Positions 47,419 to 59,740 of a DNA stretch of 64,000 bases are shown here, one piece after another. Position numbers and translations under genes: made by a program. Origin of the DNA: Felis catus (lineage: Eukaryota); assembly GCF_018350175.1 (NCBI RefSeq), contig NC_058368.1, forward strand, positions 174,718,001-174,782,000. Direction: 5' to 3'. The notes beneath the pieces were generated by a model that saw only the letters and a list, made by a program, of their open reading frames with translations, was not told the origin of the DNA and did not search any database. Positions within the stretch are counted from its first letter, which is position 1. Each line of letters begins with the position of its first letter.

Positions 47419-47824
47419 GAGATAAACTTCTTAAAGGAGCCAAAGCATTACATAGAAGAACCCTGCAGACATTGCACACAAAGAAAGGAAGAGAAATATG
47501 CTTACTTCTCATCAGAAATTATACAAGCCAGAGAACGGCACTTTTATTTACCGAGGGGCTGGAGGGAAAGGAAAAAATTATTAAGCTAGAATATTACACA
47601 CAGAGAAAATGCCTTTCAAGATGAATACAAATAAAGAATCATCCATACAGAGTATGAGCGTAACTGCTCAGCATGAAATATTCTTTCAGGCCAAATTTCT
47701 CAGGAAAAGGAAAAGTCCTATCAAATGGCAATTTGGAATGCAGAATACTGGAGGTGGTAAATGTGGGGATAAATATAAAAGAGATTGTTCTCATATATAA
47801 ACCTCTTTAGAAGGTAGCTGTTTA

Positions 47825-48035
47825 GGGGCGCCTGGGTGGCTCAGTCGGTTGAGCGTCCGACTTCGGCTCAGGTCATGATCTCACGGTCTGTGAGTTCGAG
47901 CCCCGCGTCGGGCTCTGTGCTGACAGCTCAGAGCCTGGAGCCTGTTTCAGATCCTGTGTCTCCCTCTCTCCGACCCTCCCCCGTTCATGCTCTGTCTCTC
48001 TCTGCCTCAAAAATAAACAAACGTTAAAAAAAAAA
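47825..48035 (+). mobile_element. SINEC_Fc CAN-SINE
   Basis: Perfect TSD AGAAGGTAGCTGTTTA. Confidence 0.97.
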
Positions 48036-48395
48036 AGAAGGTAGCTGTTTAAAGCAAAATTAATAACAATGTCTGGGTGGTTTATAACACATTGCAAGTA
48101 GCACAGCACCTCAGAGGACAAGATGAAGTGAACTTGAAGGATACCGTTGTAAGATTCTAACACGGCACAAAGTGATAGAATGATCTTTGCGGTAGATTGG
48201 GATAGGTTAAAGGCATGGAGATGAGATGGAATTACATCTACACTGAGAGAGGCAACTAATTCAAAAGAAGACAGAAAAAAGATGAACAAAGAATGAATTT
48301 AACAAGCGGGAAAAACTTACAAGACAGGGGGTTTAAGCCCAAACACTTGCATCAATGATAAGGGCCTATATGATTCAATTAAAAGACAAACTTGA

Positions 48396-48610
48396 GGGGC
48401 GCCTGGGTGGCTCAGTCGGTTAAGCGTCCGACTTCGGCTCAGGTCATGATCTTGCGGTCTGTGAGTTCGAGCCCCGCGTCGGGCTCTGTGCTGACAGCTC
48501 AGAGCCTGGCGCCTGCTTCGGATTCTGTGTCTCCCTCTCTCTCTGCCCCTAACCCACTCACACCCCCCCCCCTCTCAAAAATAAATAAACATTAAAAAAT
48601 TTTTTTTAAA
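48396..48610 (+). mobile_element. SINEC_Fc CAN-SINE without visible TSD
   Basis: Full SINE; flanks AAAAGACAAACTTGA and TGGGGCAGCCCCGG do not match. Confidence 0.96.
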
Positions 48611-48611
48611 T

Positions 48612-49095
48612 GGGGCAGCCCCGGTGGAAAACAGTACAGCTGTTCCTCAAAAAATTAAACGTATGATTTGCCAGGGTCTCAATGATCGTGCACCCCCCCC
48701 CCTTATGCTGGAACCTAAGTCCCCATGGGATGGTGTTAGGAGATGAGGCCTTTGGGAGGTGATTAGGTCAGGAGGGTAGAGCCCTCGTGAGTAGGAATCA
48801 TTCCCTGATAAAAGAGGCCCCAGAGAGAATTCTCATCTTTCCCACCACGTAAGGACACGCCAAGAAGTAGGCCATCTCCAATCCGAGAGAGGGCTCTCAC
48901 TAGACCTTGGTCATGTTGGTACCGTGACCTTGGACTTCCCAGCCTCCGGACTGTGAGAGATAAATTTCTGTTGTTTTTGAACTACCTAATCTGTGGTGTT
49001 TTCTTCGAGCAGCCCTTACCGCTAAGACACAACACAATTACCATATGATCCAACCCTTCCACTTCTGGGTATGTTCCCAAAAGAAAGAAATGAAT
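48612..49095 (+). mobile_element. L1 ORF2 3'-end fragment interrupted by an MLT1A LTR
   Basis: GTGGAAAACAGTACAGCTGTTCCTCAAAAAATTAAAC...[LTR]...AATTACCATATGATCCAACCCTTCCACTTCTGGGTAT. Confidence 0.8.
48669..49029 (+). mobile_element. MLT1A MaLR solo LTR
   Basis: GGCCTTTGGGAGGTGATTAGGTCAGGAGGGTAGAGCCCTCGTGA...TTGGACTTCCCAGCCTCCGGACTGTGAGAGATAAATTTCTGTTG...CTAAGACA. Confidence 0.92.
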
Positions 49096-50324
49096 ACACA
49101 TGGTACAGTTGGTCGAAAACCGGCAAGGAAACGTAATAGAAGGCGACCCTCATCAGCTGTGTTTACAGTCTGCTATGCTCCTTGGAGCATCGCGTTGTGT
49201 TAGTACAGTTTATAAGGTGACATTTCAGAATAACCCTTTGTAGCAATTCCCAGGCAATTAAAATTCTTTCTCGTGCCCTCCATTCTATAATCATCACAGG
49301 GAATCGGTTATATGTGCTGGCGGCAAGGCAGATTTACGGGCACGTTTTCTCTTCGTCAAGTGACCAAAGAGCTGACCTTCATTTAGCAGCTGGGTGCCTG
49401 CTGTTGGCCAAATTCTGGCTGGGTCGGGTCCAACCCTGAAGAGGCCATACGGCCCAGGGAAGGTGCAGAGTCCCGCCCCTTCGCTCACGCTTCCTCCAGC
49501 CTGGAGAGCACCACTTGCTAAATCTTGTGCTGTAAACAGGAAGCCTGAAGTCAGAACCCAGGAGGGTCATTACGAGAGCGCAAAGCTTCAGAGAGGAGCG
49601 AAGAAGAAGATGTGAGAGGAGCCAGGCCAGGCCAGGGCAGGTGGCCCGATGTGGATACAGCCACAGGCGAGTGCCTGCACAAGGACACAGGGAAGCTACC
49701 AAGACTGAGACAGGAGGCCTCAGGAAGGGTGCCGGGAGGAAGCGTGACCTTCCGTGCTGGGTTCGCGTATGAACACTTAAATCAAACAGGTAAAAAGGCA
49801 CCACCACGAAGCCCTTGAGATGTCACCTGCCCTGTGATCATTTCAGAAAGCCACTCCGGAATGCAGGGCAGCTGGCAGTGGGGATCCTTCAGGAGGGGGG
49901 AATGCAAATTCCTTAGAACTTGACTTTTATGAAACACCGGCTACAATCGATGACCGGAGAACGGACGTTCTCCCCTACGCAGTGAGCAAAGAGCTCAGAA
50001 CCCGGGGTGGTAAATGCGGCCACTGCCTTCGGAAGGGAAGAACTCCTCGTCCAACGTGCCTTCCCCACCTGGAAACCAAACTCGAGCCTAACAACGTCTC
50101 CGGCTCCTGGGCCAATTTGCTTGCATAGTATGCTTCCCGAGGTCCCGGGAAGCCATGTTGAAAACCGCCCTACCACACCCCTTGGCCGCACCAAAATCTT
50201 CCCAGCACGCTGCGCCTCTTCAACTTTCTGTGCTTTCTCCTTCTGAAAGGAGACTCTCCAGAAGGAGGTAATGCCTTACGCGTGTCTTAGTCCCTAACCA
50301 GCATCTTGATATAGTAAGACAGTA

Positions 50325-50620
50325 CTAACCTCTGAACAACCATGTATAGTCTTCAAAACACTTCCACCTTCATCAGTGAATTTGACCTTCGCCACCGCAA
50401 CAGAGGCTGCCGTGGTTTGGGTCCAACACTTTTCATAACATTATGCCCGGTCTTAACGAAAGCTCTGCAAGGTGGGCACTGTGGCTACCTCCACGTTGCA
50501 AATGAGGACACCAAGGCTCAGCCGCGCGGCGACTTGCTCAGTGTGACCCAGAGGGTGCCGGGCAGAGCAGCAACGCAGGCTGGGGCCAGTCCCTGTGCGG
50601 AAGCTCTGCTTTCTTCCCTA
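50325..50620 (-). mobile_element. MIR remnant(s)
   Basis: CCACGTTGCAAATGAGGACACCAAGGCTCAG...GACTTGCTCAGTGTGACCCAG. Confidence 0.65.
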
Positions 50621-51641
50621 TCCCCTTTGTTGCTTAAACTGGGGTCTGTGGACCCCAGGAGAGACGCTGTCATCTTTGGAGGATCCTGGGACGTCCGTGA
50701 GACTCTTAAACTTTGCGTTTTCATTTTGTTGACGATCTGCTTAAAACGAACATAACGTAAAGTAACACGGGAGCTTGCTCTGCGTCCCTGGGGTGATCAG
50801 CATAGAGTGGAACGCAGCCGTGGGACTTCAGTGCCTGTGTTTGCTTCCGGGTGTAGAATGCGTTGGCTCCAAGGGGCTTCGCAGGACAAAGGCCAACATC
50901 ACGTCTCAGGCACGTGTTTGTGACACGTGAGGACCAACTAATGTTATGGCCTCCCTGCGGAGAAAACTGCAGGGATGTGAGTAGAAAAAAATGGTGTGAG
51001 AACTGGGGTACCCCAGATGGCTCACACGGCTGATCGTACTAAATCCAAAGATCCCTGAGCCGCTGCCTTCAGAGTCCAGATCAAGGTCGTTGCGGCAAAG
51101 CAGCAGAATCTGCCCCATGAAATTATGAGTAAATTTCAACTGCGTCAGGTTTTATGGCTTTATTATTTCATTGCAAGTTTTAGTTTCAGAAATCCGTAGT
51201 CCTATGGGAAAAAGGTGTTTGATGTTAAGGCTTATTTCACTGACCCTGGAATGAAAATGATTTAAATGGACACCTGGGCTTGGGTCCAAGAAGAATGCAT
51301 TAAACCTGCTGTCCCCAACACTCACGTGAGACAGACAATGGGTATCACTATCCACTCCGGTTTTGCAGATGAAGGGGCTGGTGACAACAGGGAAGTGATT
51401 CTCCAATATCACACATCTCCTCAGTGTCCCAACCAGGACCAGAATCCCAAGTCTTTCAAAAAAGTGGAGTGAGTAAATATGGAGAGCTAGCAACCCGGTG
51501 GCCCATGGGCCAAGTTGCATGCTCATCCTACAAAATATTAAAAATTAAGATATTTCCCATCAATGTTTTCTGACCCCTCTGGAAAAGTGAGGGGATCTGG
51601 TAACAACATTCCTGCATGACAATCATTGGCCAGAGCTTGGA

Positions 51642-51745
51642 GCAGCCAGTTTCTCAAGTCCCCAGGGATCCTGTTGTGGTCTGGGGTCTGATTCATCAGG
51701 CTTTGGGTGGGACCTGAGATTCTAGTGCAGGTGTGGTCGGTCCAG
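51642..51745. mobile_element. MER5A-like fragment
   Basis: CAGTTTCTCAAG...TCTGATTCATCAGGCTTTGGGTGGGACCTGAGATTCT. Confidence 0.6.
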
Positions 51746-51771
51746 AAATCTACTCCGGTCTCATCTGCCTC

Positions 51772-51977
51772 CAACCTCCACTTTTAAAGATCTTTCAGAT
51801 TACTTGGGGGCCCATCCAGATAATCCAGGATAATCTCCGTATTTTAAAATGAGATGATTGGCAACCTTAATTCCATCTGCAACCGTAATTCCCCTTTCCT
51901 GTGTAACCAAACGTATTCACGGATTCTGGAGATTAGGAAGTGGACCTCTTTGGGCGGCCATTATTCTGCCTGCCACA
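51772..51977 (-). mobile_element. MLT1D LTR fragment
   Basis: GGGCCCATCCAGATAATCCAGGATAATCTCC...AACCTTAATTCCATCTGCAA...CATTATTCTGCCTGCCACA. Confidence 0.88.
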
Positions 51978-52774
51978 CTCCGTAAATATGCGTTATTAAT
52001 GTTATTATTATTCAAGTCCGGTTAATGTCTCTTCTTTAGGCTGCCCAAAGCATTGATTAGAGGGTCAAAGTCCTTAAAACCCAGTTTCTCCAGCACGTGG
52101 CATGGTCGAATTCGTTTTTCTCAGCTAAAACAGTAGCTAGCTGCTGTCCTGTTGCTTTCTACCCACTGACACGTGCCTGCTTCGTCCCGAACGTTTCCAC
52201 GAAGCTGGCGAGCACCGGTCAAAGCCATCACCGGCTCAGCGGGGCTCAGACAGTTGAGAAGGTCAAGGGTAAACGTCTGATTTTAAAGTCAAGGCAAGAC
52301 TATGGCCTAGCCAGGACAATGAGCATGTTTCTGAGCAAAGATAATGTCATCTCTTTCTTCCCTTGAAGGCCCGAGCTGGCCTTGGCCAGGAGAGGAGGCA
52401 CGAGGTCTGGTTTGGTCAACCAAGGCACCGTCTTCAGTTACTGAGAAGCACAGTAATTGAGGCCATGCGGGCCCCAGCGATACATACGCGCAACGACAGT
52501 GGTCCCTCATCTGTTGGAGGCTCTTCTGTTTATCTAATGAGAGACGAAGGTCAACAATATTGACAAGAGTCATGACTGCCTCACGTATATGGAGTTCTGG
52601 AATAAATCTTAGAAGCTGAGCGGTAACCCAAGAAAACGGTCTTGGGTTCAGGGTTCTTCCGTCTACTTTTGGCTTTGCATGTTTGCTGCTCAGATTCCGG
52701 TTAGCTGATGAGCCAGGAATCCAGGGGAGTCGTTTCCTCTTTGAGTTTCTGCTAAATTCATGCATTTACGACAT

Positions 52775-53090
52775 CCTTACTGAGGTGGCAGTGGGGAACA
52801 ACACCCACGTAAGAAAATTCCGAAGTAAACAAGGTGATTGAAGGTAGCCACTTTGGGCAACGAAGGCTCTAGAACAGGGAGGTGTGATGGCAGTGATGGG
52901 TGATGGAGGGGCTTGGGAGGGCTCTCTGGGAAGGAGATATTTGGGCTGAGATGGGAGCGATGGGAAGGGGGCGGGCTGGAAGAGCAGAGGGGGGCCAGAA
53001 TTCCAGGCAGAGGACACAGCAAATGCAAAGGCCATTTGAGGAGAATCAGGAAGAAGGCCAGCACAGCCAGAAGCCGGGAGCAAGGTCCCT
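52775..53090 (-). mobile_element. L2 fragment
   Basis: GGGCTCTCTGGGAAGGAGATATTTGGGCTGAGAT...TTCCAGGCAGAGGACACAGCAAATGCAAAGGCC. Confidence 0.75.
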
Positions 53091-54712
53091 CCCACACTCA
53101 CTGTGAAACCAGGACTCGGCAGGGCCTCCCCAACTGCCCCCCCCCCCCTTGCTGGTAACGCGTGATATTCTCTCCTTGCAAAATACTCTAACAATACAGA
53201 AATAGGTTTTATACCGAGTGAAACATCAACAGTGTTCTGAATTCTCACTCGCTGCTTCCCAAGCAACCTCTACCGATAGTTTAGCACGTATCCCTCTGCC
53301 CTTGTGTGGACATTTACGCGCACGCACATGCCCGTCCGCGATCACACGCGTTATGTTGTATCTAAATACGGTATCACAGATTGGGGGTCCAACTAGCCCA
53401 GGTACTGAATGCTCACCCCGCCTGCACAACCTTGCCCCTGCTGAACCCCTTATCTGAAGCTTCCATGCCTTTACTCTTTATAAAGGCCTAGAAAGGCCTG
53501 GATGAGTTTCCACAAGGCTCGAGCAGCCTTCCCAGCTGCCCGCTGCCTCTTCCAAGGACGGTTATTTCAGTGAAACAATACATACACTGAACAGTCACGC
53601 TGGATGCATATGAAATCCTGCATTCAGCCAATATGTGTTTGCTTCCTCTTGTCCCCGTGCAGGGCCTAGAACAGGCCGTAAGTAGAAATAAACATGCTAA
53701 TGTCTGCAGCTCGTAGCTAATATTTATCAAGCACTTGCCATGTGTCAGACATCACGTAAGCAGTTTCACGAGAAAATCCTAGCAAGCCGGGGAGGCTGGA
53801 TTCTCAGCTGACTCAGGGCACATGCTTTTAGCACCCAGTTGTACCCACTCTGCTGTGGGTGGATCCCACTAAAGCCGGGTCACACATGTGCCCGAGAGCC
53901 AGGTGGGTTTGGTTCTTCCCAGTGGCCTCTCTGGAAGCAGGCCCACGGTCCCCAACAGATGAACCCTACCCCTGCCGCATTTCCCATCTGGGCCTGTGCC
54001 CCCGGCTCCCCCCTCCCCCCAGCACGATCCTGATTCCCATGTCAAGCCTGTCACTCACTCCCGACACACACCTGGATTCTGCTGCCTCGACTCCAACTTT
54101 CCTCCCAGACCAGGCCTCGACCCCACCATGACTTGCTTTGGGAAGCTGAGGCAAAACACGGCATCTGATTGTCTTAGTTTGAACGATCAGTTCCACCCAG
54201 GTCCTGCTGGTGGGAGAAAGAGGGGGATCACCGGAGGCTTGAGGCTGAGAAAGGGGCGCCGGTCCGGGACGGGGGCACCCTTCCACGGGTGTGGACACTC
54301 AGGAAGCTCCGCTACACAAAGGAAGACAGCACGCGGCAGGCTGACCTTGGCAGTGAGCATTAAGAAGGGAAGAATCTTCAGCTCTCCCAGCCAGGAATGT
54401 ATCCTTCCCACCTGGCGTCCCGCTGACTCAGTGAACTTGGACGGAGAGCTGAACTTGCTCAGCCTCATCAGCCCAGTTGTGTCCTCACAAGCAAACCAGC
54501 TTTTATTAAGCCATGACATGATGATATGAAGGAAGAGCCGTAAGCATGTTTCCATTTTCTTTATTACCCAGGTTTTGGTTTGTTTGTTTGTTTTCTTTTT
54601 CAGACAAACTTATCAAAGCAAACCTCTCTAATTACCTTATGTGGCTGACATCATTCCCAGGACCTATCCAGCTGATAGAGGGCCAGCCCACTTTGTTAAA
54701 AGTGTATTATTA

Positions 54713-54915
54713 GGGGTACCTGGGGGGCTCAGTCGGTTGAGTGTCCGACTTCGGCTCAGGTCACGATCTCACGGCTCGTGAGTTTGAGCCCCGAGCCTGG
54801 CTCTGTGTTGACAGCTCAGAGCCTGGACCCTGCTTGGGATTCTGTGCCTCCCTCTCTCTCTGAACCTCCCCCGCTCACGCTCTGTCTCTCCCTAAAATAA
54901 ACAAACATTAAAAAA
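54713..54915 (+). mobile_element. SINEC_Fc-type CAN-SINE
   Basis: Full SINE; degenerate TSD AAAAGTGTATTATTA / AAAAGCATGTTATTA. Confidence 0.95.
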
Positions 54916-54967
54916 AAAAGCATGTTATTAAATAGCTACAGTACTTATGGTTAAAAAAATTCTTCTA

Positions 54968-55222
54968 GCAGATTAACAGGCATAAACTTCCAAGTGTAAA
55001 ATAAATAAGGGGTGAAATGTACAACATAGGTAATACAGTAAATAACGTTGTACTCACATGGCGTGATGACAGAGGGTAACTATACTTATCATGGGAGGCA
55101 TTGCAGAATGTATATAATTGTCGAATCACTATGTTGTACACGTGAAACTAATATAATATTAGTATAGTAAAGTAGATATAATATAATATATAGTAGGTCA
55201 ACTACATGTTAATTTAAAAAAT
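54968..55222 (+). mobile_element. Carnivore L1 (L1_Carn-like) 3' UTR
   Basis: TACAACATAGGTAATACAGTAAATAAC...GGTAACTATACTTATCATGG...AATTGTCGAATCACTATGTTGTACACGTGAAACTAATATAATAT. Confidence 0.85.
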
Positions 55223-55357
55223 TCTCGCACTATGATATGTCATAGCACATGCAACACGACTGTAAGACAAACATGAACGCTATTTAACCACACTGTTATT
55301 CAATGAGATGAAACTGAAGACATTTGAGTTAACATTTTACTCTATTAAACTAACCCA

Positions 55358-55571
55358 GGGGCGCCTGGGTGGCTCAGTCGGCTAAGCGCCTGACTTCAGC
55401 TCAGGTCATGATCTCGCGGTCCGTGAGTTTGAGCCCCGCGTCGGGCTCTGTGCTGACTGCTCAGAGCCTGCAGCCTGTTTCAGATTCTGTGTCTCCCTCT
55501 CTCTCTGCCCCTCCCCTGTTCACGCTCTGTCTCTCTCTGTCTCAAAAATAAATAAACGTTAAAAAAAAATT
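55358..55571 (+). mobile_element. SINEC_Fc CAN-SINE
   Basis: TSD TTAAA(CTA/TTC)ACCCA. Confidence 0.96.
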
Positions 55572-55937
55572 TTAAATTCACCCAGAAGCAATTCTTAAAA
55601 TGATGGCCAGTGCTGGTGATGTTATGGTGGACCTTCCTCATTCGTGCCTAGCGGATGCTAAATGCTTAATGAATGTAAAAAGTAGTGTGACTTTTTGGAA
55701 GCCATTTGGCAGTCCCCCTCCAGAGTATAAAACGTTCCTTTCCTTTTGCTTAGTAGGGAAAACTCGGGAGGTCTTAACTAAGGGGAAAATAACCCCCCCA
55801 AGTAAAATACTAAATATTTGAGGATGCTAATTACAGCATAATCAGCATGGATAACTTGAACACTATAGAAGTAGCCACCTGCCGTGGCTTGGTTAAATAA
55901 ACTGTGATAAATAACTATGATAAATAAGTAACATCAT

Positions 55938-56129
55938 GGGGCCCCTGGGTGGCTCAGTCGGGCGAGCGTCCGACTTCAGCCCAGGTCATGATCTCATGGT
56001 TCCTGAGTTCGAGCTCCTCATCGGGCTCACCGCTGTCAGCGCTGAGCCTGCTTCGAATCCTCCGTGCCCCTCGCTCTTTGCCTCTTCCCCACTCGCGGTC
56101 TCTGCCTCAAAAATAAATAAACATTTTAA
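55938..56129 (+). mobile_element. CAN-SINE (diverged variant)
   Basis: GGGGCCCCTGGGTGGCTCAGTCGG head; TSD ATAAATAAGTAAC. Confidence 0.93.
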
Positions 56130-56809
56130 AATAAATAAGTAACCCTATGTAGTCAACAAAAAATGGTAATTGTGAGGAATATGTAAAAACAAAGAGGCAT
56201 ATTTATGATGAAGTGGTACTGAGTAAGCTACATAGGATACAACATGGAATGTTCGCTCCGATCGACATTCGTGTGCCTTTGAGGAGGAGGGAGCCCGGCA
56301 ATGAAAACGGCGCTGTCAGCATTGTGCAAGACTTTTCTAAAAATCCCAACTGCCTCTAATACGTTTACGCTGTGTTTACAGTGACAATAAAAGAAATTGT
56401 TGAACTTGTGCACATTAGTGCTGAGATGGTTATAGTGTTTTTCCTCCCAGTGAAGTGTATCTTTTGTGGCTGGTGTCATCAGCCTTCTGTGCCCCTCATG
56501 ACTAGTTAAGCCTGTATTATCCCTTTATCTACCTAAGTGCCCTGGGATAAAAGATCCAACCTTTCAACACAGTGCCCTGGGAGACAGGGCTTGTACCAGT
56601 TAATTTAGTGAAACTCAGTGGCATAATGACTCATCGTTGCCCTAAATCCAAGTGGCTTTTCTAAGTGAGACAGTTGTAAACCTAATTCATGCTTTTTGAT
56701 CCTGGCCAGGCGTGGGGCAGGAGAGATGGGCCTTAACAAATAAAATTAATGAGCTCAGTGGGGATTATGCACGTACTTAACGTGCACTCCTAACTGTGCT
56801 AAACCATCC

Positions 56810-57235
56810 AGCGCACGGAATAAACACCCAGACTCTGGCGTCCATGAACCTGGGTTGGACTCCAGGTCGGCCTCTTACCAGCTGTGTGGCCTTTGGCAGG
56901 TGACTCAACCCCTCTGGGTCCTTTTAGTCATGAAGTTTCTATTACATGTCAGGCACTACGGTGGACACTGGGGATACTACGGAGGGAATAACAGACAAGA
57001 TCTCTGCCTTCCAAGGACTTACAGTCACCAAACAAGGAGACGGGTACAAACGAAACCATTGTTGCTGGTGCTACAGAAGAAATCAATGGGGCTGGATAGA
57101 AGCTACTATGGAGTTCTTGCTTCAAATAAGACGTTCTGGAAAGTTCTCTCCCAGACGGTGCCTTTAAGTTAAGATCTAAAGAGTAAGAAGGATCCAGTCT
57201 TTAGAATAGCCTCGGGAAGAGAGCTCTGGGCAGTA
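56810..57235. mobile_element. MIR (+) interrupted by L2 (-)
   Basis: CAGACTCTGGCGTCC...CTTACCAGCTGTGTGGCCTTTGGCAGGTGACTCAACC (MIR); TACATGTCAGGCACT...CACTGGGGATAC...TCTCTGCCTTCCAAGGACTTACAGTC (L2). Confidence 0.75.
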
Positions 57236-59371
57236 GAATTGAAGCTGGGGATTATAAACATACCCACCTCTAGGTCTGTTGTGGGAACGGTGCTTCTAAG
57301 CCTGTTCGCCAAGTTTCTTACTTAGGGCCCCTGGGTACCCAGCAGCCACTTCTGCAGCCCTGGGCGTGTTGTCAAGGAGGGACACGCTGCTCCAAGCAAG
57401 AAGGGCTCAGTTTGAGTCGTGGGTCCACTCTTCTCCAGCAGTGACCAGCAGAACCCCCTTGGCACGTTATTCACGCTGAGCCTCAGTTTCCCTCCCCGTT
57501 ACAGGAGGTCACGTGGGCAGCACGTGGCACAGAGTACGCCGTAACTAGAGGCTATGGCGATGGCCATGAGAGCAATGACACCGGCAGAGACGCTAAGGCC
57601 ACTTAACAGCTCTAAGTGACACTGACGGACAGGGAAGCGGAAACACTCCTTGTCTGGATGTTCACGTTGGTATCGTATCCTCAGCTCCTGGCTGTTGACC
57701 GGCATGTAGAGGGTGTTTGGGCCTCAAGGGGCCGAAACCCAGCACAGCTAAGCTTGTCCGTGGATCCGAGGACACAGACGGGAAGATGCCGCATTGAGGC
57801 TCCCCAGGAATGTTTCCTGTCCACCATCCCTCATCCCCAGCTCTTTTCCCTTTCGCAACAAGCGCCTCAACGTGCAACTTCCACATCCCTCCCGCGTGTC
57901 TCCCTCCGTTCCTGCCCCGTGACTACAGTCTCTGGCCACGGAGGAGAGGTGAAGCGTTGGACGATGGACAGTCAAGATAGCTGCTGTCCCCTGGACAGAC
58001 TTTGATAAGAACTAAACCTTCTTTGTATTCCCCAGACGGAATCCACTTGCCTCCAGACATCACTGTAGACTTCCTAGTGGAGACAGAAAAGATAATGTAC
58101 CCCACGGAAGACTTCCCCCGAATCCTCATTTGCATGGCTCCTCCCCCAAACCCCCGGAGGGGCTCTCCCCCCCCCCCCACCTGCCACTTCCCGGCTCTCG
58201 AACCCCTTCCTGCTCCTGTGCAGCAACTGTCCACGTGCTGACCTGCACCCCACCAACAAAGCAAAGCTGCGGTGGCTCCCCCCCACTGACCCCCGTAGGA
58301 GGGATGGGGACGAACATGGCGCCGCTTACTCGTCAGGCCACGTGTTTATCCAACGGTTCCTTAAGAATCTTTGTCCCATACTTATTCCTTGAGAAGCATT
58401 AGATTGGCAAAATTGTGACCTTTTGCTTTCGATACCGAGGGAAGAAAACGGGTACTCCTCGTTTATGGCAAGTAAATTGAAATATGTGTGTGTGTATATA
58501 TATTATAATATATAGATTTTGCATAGACACATCTGTGTGCATATTTTTGCATATACAGATTTGTGTGTATAATATGTCAGGATAAGGAGAGGGAACCAAC
58601 CATGATGAAGGTGGATTTTCTACTGAAGTGGGAAAAAGCTTCTGGTCGGGTGACCTTACGTTGGTATGACTTCATCTCATACAAGAAGGGATAAGTAGGT
58701 TCTGCTCAGAGTTAAAAATAAGATTAAAAAGAACACCGAACAAGCCCCGGCAGCTAACATCCTTTCTCTGGAGGAGGGCAATTGTTGCTGATCTCTTACA
58801 GTTAGTTACCTTTCCTCTGAACCCAGCGAAAATGACGTCAAGGACAAAGTGAGATTTCTGAGTCATCAGCAAGACCGGAGGGCTCCGTGGCCTGATGGGG
58901 AAGTGTTCCTCTCTCGGTGGCCTCTGAGATTCTGCTTCTAACCCGGGTGCAAAAAGCATACAGGTCGCTGTTAGGCTAGAGGTCCCTGAAGCTTGCTCAA
59001 GCAACTGGGCCAAAGGGCTGCAATGAGATAAAGCGTTGGAACAGAAGTCACAGGTGAAGTGTCTTCCGGGCTTCTGCTCCATTCCAGAGAGAAACTCCAT
59101 TCAGTGGATCATAAATGTAGAATGAGTCCACATTGGTCTATCTCTAGTGCTGAAGACCATGACAAGAGTAAATTGTGGGGTACTCAACCACTGATCACTT
59201 GACTGCTGTTAAGAGCCTGCTATATACTCTCTGAATAGTCAAGTACCTAATACTCAACAGCCAGGCACTCTTCTGGACTCTGGAAATACAGAGTGAAAAG
59301 GCAGATAAAAATCTCGGGCTCTAAGTGACTTATTCTCTTGTTAGGGGGGTACGATGAGCATTACAATAAAC

Positions 59372-59740
59372 CAATAGATACATATTAGGGTTTTCCTGGG
59401 TGGCCCCAGTTTATACATGTTCTTTCAAAGAAATTATTATTTTTTTTTAAATTTTTTTTTTCAACATTTATTTATTTTTGGGACAGAGAGAGACAGAGCA
59501 TGAATGGGGGAGGGTCAGAGAGAGAGGGAGACACAGAATCGGAAACAGGCTCCAGGCTCCGAGCCGTCAGCCCAGAGCCCGACGCGGGGCTTGAACTCCC
59601 GGACCGCGAGATCGTGACCTGGCTGAAGTCGGACGCTTAACCGACTGCGCCACCCAGGCGCCCCTCAAAGAAATTATTAGTAGCGCTCTCTTTTGCTTTT
59701 AAAAGTATTGGTTTGGAAGATAAATTACACGGTCACCCTA
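59372..59740 (-). mobile_element. MER94 (hAT-Blackjack) split by a SINE
   Basis: CCCCAGTTTATACATGTT...AATTATTAGTAGCGCTCTCTTTTGC...GGTTTGGAAGATAAATTACACGGTCACCCTA. Confidence 0.8.
59440..59664 (-). mobile_element. SINEC_Fc CAN-SINE, young type
   Basis: Perfect TSD TCAAAGAAATTATTA. Confidence 0.97.

Larger units (their letters stand above)
45970..48395 (+). mobile_element. Two adjacent or nested old L1 ORF1 remnants running to an ORF2-start-like segment
   Basis: ORF1-like motifs occur twice (AATTGGAATCTCAGAAGGAGAAG...ATATTTGAAAAG...ACTTCTCATCAAAAGC; AATATATTTGAAGAAATAATGGGCAAATGTTTCC...ACTTCTCATCAGAAATTATACAAGCCAGA). No intact ORF. Confidence 0.8.

Noticed and set aside
45970..48395. Possible active or domesticated L1 ORF1
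   Set aside because: Riddled with stops, frameshifts and four SINE insertions.
53996..54529. 177-aa ORF
   Set aside because: Non-ATG start, no domain, overlapping antisense ORFs of similar quality.
56626..56634. AP-1 sites (ATGACTCAT here and about a dozen TGASTCA elsewhere)
   Set aside because: Count is near chance expectation for 64 kb and they are not clustered.
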